Of a DNA stretch of 64,000 nucleotides, positions 47,762 to 57,201 are shown in pieces. Positions within the stretch are counted from its first letter, which is position 1. Each line of letters starts with the position of its first letter. The stretch spans positions 4,230,714-4,294,713 of the forward strand of contig OZ244953.1 of assembly GCA_965222355.1 (NCBI GenBank), given 5' to 3'. Under the pieces are notes generated by a model. The model was not told the origin of the DNA. It searched no databases and saw only the letters and a program-made list of their open reading frames with translations. Origin of the DNA: Rhodospirillales bacterium (GTDB lineage: Bacteria > Pseudomonadota > Alphaproteobacteria > Rhodospirillales > Casp-alpha2). Position numbers and translations under genes: made by a program.

Positions 47762-48244
47762 TCAGCCGCCGCAGCCGCCGATGGTGACTTTGACTTCCTG
47801 TTGCGCTCTGAAAACGCTGCCGTCGCTCATTTCCGCGACTGCAACGATGTTCTGGGTGCCGGCGAGGCGGATACGCGTTGCCGCCGAGGCCTTGCCGCTC
47901 ATCGGCGTGAAGTGCAGCGAAGCCACATCGGGTGCCGGGTTGCCGTCGGCAAACAGGTGAACCGTCTTGACGTAATTGTCGGCGGTCATCGGGCTGTCGA
48001 CGCTGACGCCGACCGGCACGGTGTTACCGTTTTCGGCGATCTGCGGCAGTTCGAGGGTGATCTTGCCCTCGGCCGGTTTCTTGTCACCGATCAGTTTCAT
48101 GACCGCTTCATCGACCATCTTCTGATCGGCGTTCGCGGTGCCGCTTTTCAGGACGACACCACCGGCGGCAACAATCGTCGCCCCGGCCGCCAGCAACAGC
48201 GCCTCGCGGCGCGTCATTGCTGAGAGTGCTTGTTTCGTGGACAT
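47762..48244 (-). CDS. soxY: Sulfur carrier protein SoxY
   Basis: Tat RRE, P.IAENGNTVP, GNP.P, TRIRLA.TQ, C-terminal VKVTIGGCGG. Confidence 0.97.
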   Translation of the reverse strand: MSTKQALSAMTRREALLLAAGATIVAAGGVVLKSGTANADQKMVDEAVMKLIGDKKPAEGKITLELPQIAENGNTVPVGVSVDSPMTADNYVKTVHLFADGNPAPDVASLHFTPMSGKASAATRIRLAGTQNIVAVAEMSDGSVFRAQQEVKVTIGGCGG

Positions 48245-48266
48245 GTTTGTTCCTCTTGCTTCGTGC

Positions 48267-48719
48267 TTATTTGAGGGTCTTCAGATAGGCCACCACGTCC
48301 TCGACCTCTTGTGCGGTCAGGATCGGTTTGCCTTTGAATTTATCCGACACCAGATGAAGCCCTTCCGTACGGTAGAACCCCGGCATAATGGTGTCCGGGT
48401 TGATCTCCTTGGCGTTGACCACCTGAAGACGCAGCTGCGGTTCTTCGTAGCGTTCCGCAACACCGTCCAATGACGGGCCGATCTCACCGTGGAATGGATG
48501 GGCCGACAGTTTCGTCACCTGATGACAGGCCAGGCAGTTGCCGAGCTTGCGGTTAACGAAGGCCTTCTCCCCCGCCTCGGGGTCGCCAGCCTTACCGGTC
48601 AAGGATTTAGGTATTCCGTATTCGACGACTTTGTACTTAACAAGGTCGCCAGCATAGGCCGAACCCGCCAGCAGAACTGCAGCGGCAACGGCCGGTATCA
48701 ATGATTTGAAACTTGGCAT
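48267..48719 (-). CDS. soxX: SoxX c-type cytochrome
   Basis: SLTGKAGDP..G, GNCLACH, FHGEIGP.LDGV, TIMPGFY. Confidence 0.95.
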   Translation of the reverse strand: MPSFKSLIPAVAAAVLLAGSAYAGDLVKYKVVEYGIPKSLTGKAGDPEAGEKAFVNRKLGNCLACHQVTKLSAHPFHGEIGPSLDGVAERYEEPQLRLQVVNAKEINPDTIMPGFYRTEGLHLVSDKFKGKPILTAQEVEDVVAYLKTLK

Positions 48720-48830
48720 AGGGCTATCGCCTCCCGTAAATGTGCCTCATTCAGGAGCGATCTTTCCCCTTGCTTACGGAACCGTCGTGCACTGCCCGTG
48801 CAATAACGATCGTCGCTCCCCTGTCATAAT

Positions 48831-48867
48831 CATATTCAAAAAATATTATATATCAACATTGAATATG
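48831..48867. promoter_or_regulatory. Candidate SoxR operator upstream of soxXYZAB
   Basis: CATATTC-N23-GAATATG in an AT-rich intergenic region. Confidence 0.7.
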
Positions 48868-48885
48868 AATATGTCTCACCCACCT

Positions 48886-49263
48886 TTAGTTTGGACAGGG
48901 TTCGGGGAGTTTGACAAGTTCCCGTGCCAAAAGCGGCCAGAAAAATTCCTCGCCCGGATAACCGACCAGCCTGGATATTTCCTTGCCGTTATCAACGACA
49001 ACGAATGTCGGGGTGAAAACGATGGGGGAAATATCGGTCAGGTCCGCGGGAAGCGGCTCGTCGATATCAACGCGGCGCAGCGGTGCGCAGGCCGCTTCCG
49101 GCGTATTCGGATACACCGGCCCGATCTCCGCATGCCATCGCAGGCACCACGGACAGCTCTTGGTTTCGAACATGACCAGCTCCGCGCTATCGGCCGCCAA
49201 CGTCCAAAACGCCAGCATCAGCGCGATTGCGAAACCCGGCCATCGGGATAGGATCGATTTCAT
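48886..49263 (-). CDS. soxS: Small periplasmic thioredoxin SoxS
   Basis: ELVMFE..SCPWC.RW.AEIGP.YP.T, TPTFV, RL.GYPGE.FFW..L. Confidence 0.85.
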   Translation of the reverse strand: MKSILSRWPGFAIALMLAFWTLAADSAELVMFETKSCPWCLRWHAEIGPVYPNTPEAACAPLRRVDIDEPLPADLTDISPIVFTPTFVVVDNGKEISRLVGYPGEEFFWPLLARELVKLPEPCPN

Positions 49264-49335
49264 GCCCATGCTGCGGATATATCAGTTTATTGATCCGGCG
49301 CCACAAGTCCGGCGACGAAGTGTATCGGAAATGAC

Positions 49336-50619
49336 ATGACCAAGTTGTCTCTCAATCGACGTGACATGATGCTCACCGGGGCCGCGTTCGTCGCGGCCGC
49401 CGGCCCGGCGTTGGCGGGGGGCGGCCCCGCGCTGGCGTCGGATAAATTGCGCATTGCGGTCATTGGAGGCGGTTTCGGCGGTGCGGCGGCAGCGCGCGCG
49501 ACGAAGGCGGCTTTCCCCAACGCCCAGGTAACGCTGCTGACCGATCAGGCGAGTTTCTGGATGTGTCCCGGCAGCAACTCGGTAATCGCCGGTCACACCG
49601 CCCTCGCATCGATCGAGGTCGGCTACGACGTGATCAAGACCCACGGGATCGAGGTCGCCCATGATCCCGCCACCGGGATCGACGCGGACAAGCACGAGGT
49701 GGCCACACAAAGCGGCCGCAAGATCGGTTACGACAAACTGATCCTGTCGCCGGGTGTGGCGCTCGACTACGGCTCTATCGAGGGCATATCCCACGATACC
49801 GTTGATCGTGTGCCCCACGCCTGGAAGGCCGGCCCGCAAACGGATCTTCTGCGGCGCCAGTTGCAGGCGATACCGGATGACGGCCTGTTCGTGATGACTA
49901 TGCCGCCGGCCCCTTACCGCTGCCCCCCGGCCCCCGCCGAGCGCGCGTGTCTGGTCGCCGATTATCTCAAGAAACACAAACCCGGTGCGCGGCTGCTGAT
50001 CCTCGACGCCAAGGACGAGTTCCCGTTTCAGGATCTCTTCACCGAAGCCTGGGACGCGCTCTATCCCAACATTATCGAATACCGCTCCATCGCCGACGAT
50101 GGCGTGGTGCGCGAGGTCGATCCGGAAACACTGACCGCGTTCACGGACTTCGAAGAGATCAAGGCGGACGTGCTCAACGTCATTCCCCCACAAACTGCGG
50201 GCAAGATCGCTATCGACGCCGGGGCGGCGGACGAAACCGGATGGTGCCCGGTGGATATTCGCACGTTCGCCTCGACCCTTTTGCCGGATGTCTATGTTAT
50301 CGGCGATGCCGCGTTCGCCGATCCGCTCCCCAAGGCGGGATCGACCGCCGCCAGTCAGGCGCGCGTTGCAATCTCGGCCATCGCCGCCGAATTGGCGGGC
50401 GATCCTGTCCCCACGCCGTCTTGGATTGCCAACTGTTACTCCCTCGCCGCCCCCGACTACGGCGTGCGCCTGGGTGCCACCTACATATTCGAAGACGACC
50501 ACGTGGTACGCGACACCACCAACTTCTCCGAACTCGGCGCGCCGATGGATGAGCGCCAGGCCGACGCCGAGTTCACGGAAGCCTGGCTCAAACAGATCAA
50601 GCACGAGATCTGGGGCTGA
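49336..50619 (+). CDS. soxF: Flavocytochrome c sulfide dehydrogenase flavoprotein (SoxF/FccB-like)
   Basis: Tat NRRD, VIGGGFGG, CPGSN, HAWKAGPQT, YRCPPAP.ER, IPPQ.AG.IA, WCPVD, NCYS. Confidence 0.8.
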   Translation: MTKLSLNRRDMMLTGAAFVAAAGPALAGGGPALASDKLRIAVIGGGFGGAAAARATKAAFPNAQVTLLTDQASFWMCPGSNSVIAGHTALASIEVGYDVIKTHGIEVAHDPATGIDADKHEVATQSGRKIGYDKLILSPGVALDYGSIEGISHDTVDRVPHAWKAGPQTDLLRRQLQAIPDDGLFVMTMPPAPYRCPPAPAERACLVADYLKKHKPGARLLILDAKDEFPFQDLFTEAWDALYPNIIEYRSIADDGVVREVDPETLTAFTDFEEIKADVLNVIPPQTAGKIAIDAGAADETGWCPVDIRTFASTLLPDVYVIGDAAFADPLPKAGSTAASQARVAISAIAAELAGDPVPTPSWIANCYSLAAPDYGVRLGATYIFEDDHVVRDTTNFSELGAPMDERQADAEFTEAWLKQIKHEIWG

Positions 50620-50621
50620 TC

Positions 50622-51572
50622 TCATTCGAATTCCATCTGCACGAAGACCCGCCCGGCGTTGCGTGTCGCCAGTTCGTCGAACGTATCCAGATGTTTGTAC
50701 GGTGACTGATCGACGTAATACGCCTTTTCGAGCGTGCCGCCGTTTTCCAGATGCTCGGCGATCTTACCCCTTAAATAGACCAGGTAATCGTGCGTGTAGC
50801 GGCGGACCTGCGCCATGTTGGTCGGGTGGCCGTGGCCGGGAATGACGTACGTCGCCTTTAAAGCTTCGAAAGGCCCTTCCCAGGTTTCGACCCAGGCCTT
50901 GGTGCCGGTCTCGTCGAAAATCGGTAGAAGGCGTTCGTGAAATGCCATGTCGCCGGCGATGACCAGGGACTGTTCGGGTAGCCAAACCTGAATATCGCCG
51001 GGGCTATGGGCGGGGCCGAGGTGAAGGACTTCGATCCGGAAGTCGCCCATCTCGATCACTTTCTTATCCTCGAACGTTTCGGTCGGCCCCTGGATTTTGG
51101 TCCCCTCGGCACGATCCTTGAGGCGCGCCTTGGCGCTGTCGAGGATCTGCCGGGCGCGGTCGTCGAACTCGTGCTTGGCGTCGACGTGAGCGAGGATCGG
51201 GACGTCATGCTCGATCCAATAGCTGTTACCCAGCATGGCATGGCCCTGCCCGTTCTCGTTGATGACCAGCTTCACCGGCTGGTCGGTGATCTTCTTGATC
51301 TCGTCGTGGAGCGCCTTGGCCAGAAGATAAGCGCCCCCACCGTTGACGACGATGACGCCGTCGCCCGTGACGATGAAACTCAGGTTATTGTTGTGGCCGC
51401 AGTTGTCGTACGTCGGTGGCGAGGTTGCACCGATCGCCGACCAGACGTGCGGGATCACCTCGACCGGTTTCGAATACAGCATCGAGCCCGGGTACTGGTC
51501 CGGGATGTCCTGACTGGCGAGAGCTGTGCTTGCCAGTGAAACGGCAAACAGAAACGAGATAAGCGTGCGCAT
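50622..51572 (-). CDS. soxH: Metallo-beta-lactamase-fold protein SoxH
   Basis: AIGAT.PPTY.N.GHNNNLSF, NENGQGHAMLGN, AHSPGD, PGHG, ELA.RNAG.VF..MEF. Confidence 0.8.
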   Translation of the reverse strand: MRTLISFLFAVSLASTALASQDIPDQYPGSMLYSKPVEVIPHVWSAIGATSPPTYDNCGHNNNLSFIVTGDGVIVVNGGGAYLLAKALHDEIKKITDQPVKLVINENGQGHAMLGNSYWIEHDVPILAHVDAKHEFDDRARQILDSAKARLKDRAEGTKIQGPTETFEDKKVIEMGDFRIEVLHLGPAHSPGDIQVWLPEQSLVIAGDMAFHERLLPIFDETGTKAWVETWEGPFEALKATYVIPGHGHPTNMAQVRRYTHDYLVYLRGKIAEHLENGGTLEKAYYVDQSPYKHLDTFDELATRNAGRVFVQMEFE

Positions 51573-51636
51573 GTTGTCCTCCCCTTATCGGGAGTATGAC
51601 GCAACACTTAAGAAAAATCGAATATGAAAATCGGGC

Positions 51637-52719
51637 TTATTCAGCCGGCTGGACCTTGGCCGGGCGCGCGCCGAATTCACGGCGCACGAGGATGTCGCCG
51701 ATCCCCGCCCCGACGACGATCGAGACCACCGCCAGGATCGAGCCCACCGAGAGCGTGCTGAGACCGGAAAGCCCCTCACCCACCGTGCAGCCCAGGGCGA
51801 GGATGCCGCCGAAGCCCATCAGCGCGCCACCAAGGGTGTAGCGCAACAACTGGTGCGGGGTCTCAAACCCCTGCAGTTCCCATTCCCCACGGCTGACAGC
51901 GATGGCGAACGACCCGAGGATGACCCCCCCGACGGCGACAATCCCGAAATCGGCAGAGGCGCCGGTGTAGGTCATCAGATACTGGATGGCATTCCCGACC
52001 GGCGCGGTGAAGGTCAGCGATTCCGTCCGCACCGGTTCGAACTCGTCGAAGCCGATGACCCCGGTGACGTACCAACCCGCCGCGATCAACGCGCCGACAC
52101 CCAAGCCGGTCAGTGCAGGCCAGGTGCGGTTATCGATCCCGTTACGGACCAACATAATCACCGCCACGGCAATCAGAAGGCCCGCAACCACAAGCGGCAG
52201 GAATTCCGAGCCGCCCGACAACGCGGCGAGGGATTGTGAGTCGTAACCGAGCGCGGAAAGATCAATCGTCCCGATCGCTTCGAGCGACGTGCGCGGGACC
52301 GCGAGGATACCGCGGAGCGTCATGTAAGCGACGATCCCCAGCACCGACAGCACGACCGCCGAGCGGAGGTTCCCACTCGCCAGAAGGACCATGTGCCGGG
52401 CACCGCAGCCGCGCGCCAGGATCATGCCGATCCCAAACAGCACCCCACCGACGATCAGCGTCAGCCACATCAGGCTCGACGACAGATAAACGCTTCCCGA
52501 AAGGTCGACGACCCCGGACCAGACCATGATCTGTGTCGCGGCAACCGCCGTCGCGATGGCGACCGCCCAGGCACGCACCTGAAAACCGACCCGCCGCGCC
52601 AGCAGCTCAAGCACCGCCGAGCGGAAGCAAAAGGCGCTCAGCCTTGCAATCGCACCGAAGCCGGCGCCGACAACAAGGGCGCCGATCAAAAGGGCTGTGC
52701 GGGGTTCGAGTTCACTCAT
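51637..52719 (-). CDS. YeeE/YedE sulfur transporter (SoxT-like)
   Basis: FCFR, GMILARGC, SLTFTAP, GGILALGCTVGEG.SG.S.LS.GS. Confidence 0.88.
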   Translation of the reverse strand: MSELEPRTALLIGALVVGAGFGAIARLSAFCFRSAVLELLARRVGFQVRAWAVAIATAVAATQIMVWSGVVDLSGSVYLSSSLMWLTLIVGGVLFGIGMILARGCGARHMVLLASGNLRSAVVLSVLGIVAYMTLRGILAVPRTSLEAIGTIDLSALGYDSQSLAALSGGSEFLPLVVAGLLIAVAVIMLVRNGIDNRTWPALTGLGVGALIAAGWYVTGVIGFDEFEPVRTESLTFTAPVGNAIQYLMTYTGASADFGIVAVGGVILGSFAIAVSRGEWELQGFETPHQLLRYTLGGALMGFGGILALGCTVGEGLSGLSTLSVGSILAVVSIVVGAGIGDILVRREFGARPAKVQPAE

Positions 52720-52757
52720 AGTCTCTCTCTCATTCGTTCGGTGCAGTTTCTACAAAA

Positions 52758-52795
52758 TATATTCATAAAATGCAATATAAAACTCTTTCCATATG
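52758..52795. promoter_or_regulatory. Degenerate copy of the sox operator motif upstream of the YeeE gene
   Basis: TATATTC-N24-CCATATG; AT-rich; the spacer is one nt longer than in the other two copies. Confidence 0.35.
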
Positions 52796-52897
52796 TGAAA
52801 TACACTTTTTAACATATTTTTTGTGTTGTTATATCTTGATCCTGCGCCCGGCAGCGCCATGTTTATAAAAGCCGCTGAAACCCGGGATGCCCGCCAC

Positions 52898-53740
52898 ATG
52901 ACCGAAACCCTCCCCGAAGTTGCCGTCCGCGATGCCCCTCCTGAAATTGCCGCGATCTATGACCGCATCATGGAAACCACGGGGGTCGGGTCACCGGCGC
53001 TGATCTACCGGCACTTCGCGGTTTATCCGGGGTTATTGGAATGGGTGTGGGAAACGGTCGGCCCGGAACTGGAGAGCGGCCGCGCCCTGGCCCACGCCCT
53101 GGATGCCGTCCGCGCCACGAACGTGGTGCCCCTTCCCCCCGTCAGTCAGGCCGAAATGCGCTCAACGGGTGTCGATGAAGACGGTCAGGACATGATCGGC
53201 GCGATGCTGACGACCTACAACCGCATGAACCCGGTCAATCTAAGCCTGATCACCGCGATCCGCGATCTGATCGACCCGGCGGCCGAGACCGCTGAGACCC
53301 CGTCTCCCCTGCCGGAGATCCCGATCGCGCCCACGTTGACACCCGTCAAGCTGCCCGCCCCCATCGATCTGAATGCGATGCCGGTGCATGTCCGTGAGAC
53401 GGTGCTGGCGTTATCCGCCGCGATCCCGAGCCCGGGCACGCAGGTGATCCCGACGCTTTACCGCCATCTCGCGATCTGGCCGGATTTCCTGATGCATCTG
53501 GCGCCGGGGTTGTTGGCGGCGATGCGCAAAGGCGAGGTCGAGGCGCGGATGAACGATCTGAACGCGAACATGCGCCCGTTGATCGATGACGTCGCTAGTC
53601 GCGCCAAGGGGGCCGCGCCCGCGCCGCTGGAAGACCCGGCGGCAATGGTCCGCACCCTCAACTCGTTTCTTTATACAATCCCACAGCTCGTCGTGGTCGG
53701 CACCGCGCTCAGGGCAGCGCTGCCGATTTACGACGCGTGA
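52898..53740 (+). CDS. DehI-like (group I haloacid dehalogenase fold) protein
   Basis: LPEV...DAP.EIAAIYD.I, IYRHFA.YPG.L...W, YNRMNP.NL.LITAI, and an internal second repeat TLYRHLAIWP resemble the duplicated DehI architecture. Confidence 0.6.
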   Translation: MTETLPEVAVRDAPPEIAAIYDRIMETTGVGSPALIYRHFAVYPGLLEWVWETVGPELESGRALAHALDAVRATNVVPLPPVSQAEMRSTGVDEDGQDMIGAMLTTYNRMNPVNLSLITAIRDLIDPAAETAETPSPLPEIPIAPTLTPVKLPAPIDLNAMPVHVRETVLALSAAIPSPGTQVIPTLYRHLAIWPDFLMHLAPGLLAAMRKGEVEARMNDLNANMRPLIDDVASRAKGAAPAPLEDPAAMVRTLNSFLYTIPQLVVVGTALRAALPIYDA

Positions 53741-55353
53741 CCGGTCACGTTGTCGATCTTGGCCTGAGATACACTATCGACGCGCCGGAACGTCTCGGCG
53801 GACGCACGTTGCCAGTGGATGGCGTATTCCGCCGGGCAATCGTCCCTGAGCAGTTGCCCCGGTTCGAGAGACAGCATCGACGTCCCACTCAAGTGCGGTT
53901 CGCGGAAGTTGATCATGTTGAGCGTGATCTCGTCGGGTCTGGTCAGTCCCATCGCCCCCAGCATCTCGGCGAACCCCAGCAAGGTGTTGCCGTGGAAATT
54001 GGCGACGCGCCTTGCCTTGTCGCCGACATGAAGTCCCGACTGACGCATCTGATCCTGGGTCGCGACCCCCGTCGGGCAGCGGTTTGTGTGACACGCGCGG
54101 GCCTGGATGCAGCCGATCGAGAACATGAAACCGCGTGCCGAGTTGCACCAGTCCGCACCCAAGGCGAACGCGCGCGCCATATCGGCACCCGAGACGATCT
54201 TGCCGCTGGCGCCGATCTTGATCCGGTCACGAATACCCGCGCCGATCAGGGTCATGTTGACGAAGTGAAGACCATCCCGAAGCGGCAGACCGAGACTGTT
54301 CGAGAACTCGACCGGCGCCGCGCCTGTGCCCCCCTCTTTCCCGTCGACGACGATGAAGTCCGGATAGCAGTCGCGTTCCAGCATCGCCTTGACGATGGCC
54401 ATGAACTCGCGGCGATGCCCGACGCAGAGCTTAAACCCCACCGGCTTGCCGTCCGACAGGTCGCGGAGTTGCTGAATGAAATCGACAAGCCCCAGGGGCG
54501 TCGAAAAAGCGGAATGCGCGGCGGGCGAGATACAGTCGACGCCGACCGGCACGCCCCGCGCCTCGGCGATCTCTTCCGACACCTTCGCGCCCGGCAGCAT
54601 ACCGCCGTGACCGGGCTTGGCGCCCTGCGACAGCTTGATCTCGATCATCTTGATCTGCTCGTCGGCGGCTTTCTCTTTGAAAGTGTCGGCACAGAAGTGA
54701 CCGTCTTTCGTCCGGCAGCCGAAGTATCCGGACCCGATCTCCCAGATGATGTCGCCGTTGTTCTCGCGGTGGTACTTGGATATCCCGCCCTCGCCCGTAT
54801 CGTGCGCAAAGCCGCCCATCGCCGCCCCCCGGTTCAAAGCCGCGATGGCGTTGGCGCTCAGGGCGCCGAAGCTCATCGCCGAGACGTTAAAGAGGGAACA
54901 ACTGTAGGGTTTCTTGCACGCCTCCCCACCGATGGTGATGCGGAGCGATTTCGGATCGACGTGCTCGGGCAGCATCGAGTGAGAGAAAAATGTATAGCCG
55001 GTGCTGTAGACGTCCTGTTGCGTCCCGAAGGGAATGGTCTGCAGTTCGTTCTTGGCGCGCTGATAAACCAGAGAGCGCTGCTCGCGGTTGAACGGAAACG
55101 CGTCCGCATCGCTTTCGATCAGATATTGGCGGATTTCGGGGCGGATCCCCTCGAACAGCCAGCGCATGTGAGAGATGATCGGATAGTTGCGCCAGAGCGT
55201 GTGGCGCTCCTGTAGAAGATCGTAGATCCCCAGCAGCGTCAGCGGCCCGGTGACGGCCAATACCCACCAGCCGAAACCGACGCCGAAAACCAAAAGCAGG
55301 ATGCCGATCCCGGCACCGATACCGACGCCGTAAAATGCGAAAAACCTCCCCAT
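53728..55353 (-). CDS. FMN-binding glutamate synthase family protein with N-terminal membrane anchor
   Basis: NVSAMSFGALS, HDTGEGG, EIKLSQGAKPGHGG.LP..K, DGKEGGTGAAP, CIQARACHTNRCPTGVATQD. Confidence 0.9.
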   Translation of the reverse strand: MGRFFAFYGVGIGAGIGILLLVFGVGFGWWVLAVTGPLTLLGIYDLLQERHTLWRNYPIISHMRWLFEGIRPEIRQYLIESDADAFPFNREQRSLVYQRAKNELQTIPFGTQQDVYSTGYTFFSHSMLPEHVDPKSLRITIGGEACKKPYSCSLFNVSAMSFGALSANAIAALNRGAAMGGFAHDTGEGGISKYHRENNGDIIWEIGSGYFGCRTKDGHFCADTFKEKAADEQIKMIEIKLSQGAKPGHGGMLPGAKVSEEIAEARGVPVGVDCISPAAHSAFSTPLGLVDFIQQLRDLSDGKPVGFKLCVGHRREFMAIVKAMLERDCYPDFIVVDGKEGGTGAAPVEFSNSLGLPLRDGLHFVNMTLIGAGIRDRIKIGASGKIVSGADMARAFALGADWCNSARGFMFSIGCIQARACHTNRCPTGVATQDQMRQSGLHVGDKARRVANFHGNTLLGFAEMLGAMGLTRPDEITLNMINFREPHLSGTSMLSLEPGQLLRDDCPAEYAIHWQRASAETFRRVDSVSQAKIDNVTGHAS

Positions 55354-55455
55354 GGATGGTGCTCCCCTCTCCCCTGCCATGAACGTTCGCGATGTCCGAC
55401 GTCAACCGGTCATCACGCGCACCTTATTTCATATGGGGAAAGCGGTGAAGAATTC

Positions 55456-57036
55456 CTAAAAGCCGGCGGCCCTGCCGTCGGAGCGCGGGTCGGTCGCGCC
55501 TTCGAACAATCCGCTTTCATGACGGCAGACCGCGCCCGCATGGCCCATGGTCGAGGTGAAATCTTCCATTACGTCGACGTTATGGCCTGCATTTTTCAGC
55601 GCATCAATGAGCGCCGGATCGAAGCGGCTCTCCAGTTTAAGGGTCGTGCTCTCTTCCCCCCAGGTGCGGCCCAAAAGCCAGCGCGGCTGGGTAATCGCGT
55701 GCTGTAACGGCTGGCCGAACATCACGTATCGGCTGAAGACGGCAGCCTGGGTCTGCGGCTGACCTTCCCCGCCCATGGTCCCATAACTCAAAACACGGCC
55801 GTCATTCAGTCTGGCCATCGCCGGGTTAAGGGTGTGGAACGGGCGCTTGCGCGGCGCGAGAACGTTCGGATGCGATTGATCGAGCGTGAAGCCATTGCCC
55901 CGGTTCTGGAACACCACGCCCGTTTCCGGGTTGGTCACCCCTGAACCGAACTCCCAATAGACGCTCTGGATGAACGACACGGCCTGCCCGTTCTTGTCGA
56001 TACATCCCATCCAGATCGTGTCACCCGGCTTCGTCGGCTGCGGCCATTCGAGGGCATGTTTCAGATCAATATTATTTACAAGACCGTCCAGAAAATCATT
56101 CTTCAGCCAATCGTTCGGATCGGCGGTCATGAATGCCGGATCGGTGACGTGCGCATTTCTGAGAATAAACGCCTGCTTCGACGCTTCGACCAGACCGTGC
56201 ACGTGGTCGAACCCTTCCGCATCCCTGACACCCAACCTTTCGAACAACGCCAGGATCATCAGCGCGCTCACGCCCTGTGTGGGTGGCGGCATGTTGTAGA
56301 CCGTTCCCGACGACAGCTCGGCGGAAAGCGCCTTCACCTGACGCGCTTCATATTCCGAGAAATCGTCAAACCTAAGGGGGCTGCCGACGCTCTCCAGATA
56401 TGCCGCGTTACTTCTGGCCGTTTCGCCCCGATAGAAATCGTCGAGCCCCTTGTCGGCGAGCCTTTTCAAGGTGTCTGCCAAAGCCGGGAACTTGATGATC
56501 TCGTTGACCAATGGCGGTTCGCCACCCGGAAGGTATGTCTGGGCGAAACCAGGCGCATCCTTCAACTCGTCAAACTTCTCCCGGCTCAGGTCTTCCTGCC
56601 CCTTCGTTACGGGGACGCCGTTCGTCGCGTGTGTGATGGCATCTTCCAAAAGCCTTTCGAGCGGCATCCCCGCGCCGCCGATCTCCAGCGCCATTTTCCA
56701 ACCGGCGATCGTCCCCGCGACGTTGAGCGCCGCCAAAGGACCCCGCGCCGGGATCGCATTCAGCCCCTGACTCTTATAATAATCCGGCGTCGCCATGGCT
56801 GCCGACCAACCCGCCGCGTCGACCCCGACCGGCGCCTGGCCCGGCTGGGCGATCAGCCAAAACCCGTCACCCCCGACACCGTTCATGTGCGGATAAACGA
56901 CGGCGATCGCGGCGGCTGCCGCAACCATGGCTTCGGTGGCGTTGCCGCCGTCACGCAGAACCCGAAGCCCGGCTTCGGTCGCGAGGTGATGTGGCGCGGT
57001 CATCATGCCGCCGAGCGCAGTCGCGGTGTGGAGCAT
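55456..57036 (-). CDS. Gamma-glutamyltransferase family protein (YwrD/HpxW-like)
   Basis: GGNA.EAMVA, VVYPHMNG.GGDGF, GD|TIW nucleophile Thr, SVYWEFGSG, KRPFHTLNPA, GTMGGEGQPQTQ, DPRSDG. Confidence 0.92.
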   Translation of the reverse strand: MLHTATALGGMMTAPHHLATEAGLRVLRDGGNATEAMVAAAAAIAVVYPHMNGVGGDGFWLIAQPGQAPVGVDAAGWSAAMATPDYYKSQGLNAIPARGPLAALNVAGTIAGWKMALEIGGAGMPLERLLEDAITHATNGVPVTKGQEDLSREKFDELKDAPGFAQTYLPGGEPPLVNEIIKFPALADTLKRLADKGLDDFYRGETARSNAAYLESVGSPLRFDDFSEYEARQVKALSAELSSGTVYNMPPPTQGVSALMILALFERLGVRDAEGFDHVHGLVEASKQAFILRNAHVTDPAFMTADPNDWLKNDFLDGLVNNIDLKHALEWPQPTKPGDTIWMGCIDKNGQAVSFIQSVYWEFGSGVTNPETGVVFQNRGNGFTLDQSHPNVLAPRKRPFHTLNPAMARLNDGRVLSYGTMGGEGQPQTQAAVFSRYVMFGQPLQHAITQPRWLLGRTWGEESTTLKLESRFDPALIDALKNAGHNVDVMEDFTSTMGHAGAVCRHESGLFEGATDPRSDGRAAGF

Positions 57037-57201
57037 CTTGCCTCCCGGAAATGGTGAAGCATCATCTTTAGCAGCGAAGCCCTGGTTATCAAGGTGTGAT
57101 CAACCTTACACACGCATCCACAATGTCTCGATATCATGCTTTACGAAGGGGGCACGATTGGTTGATCCTATAACGGGTCCGGAATAATCAGGGGGCAGTT
57201 C

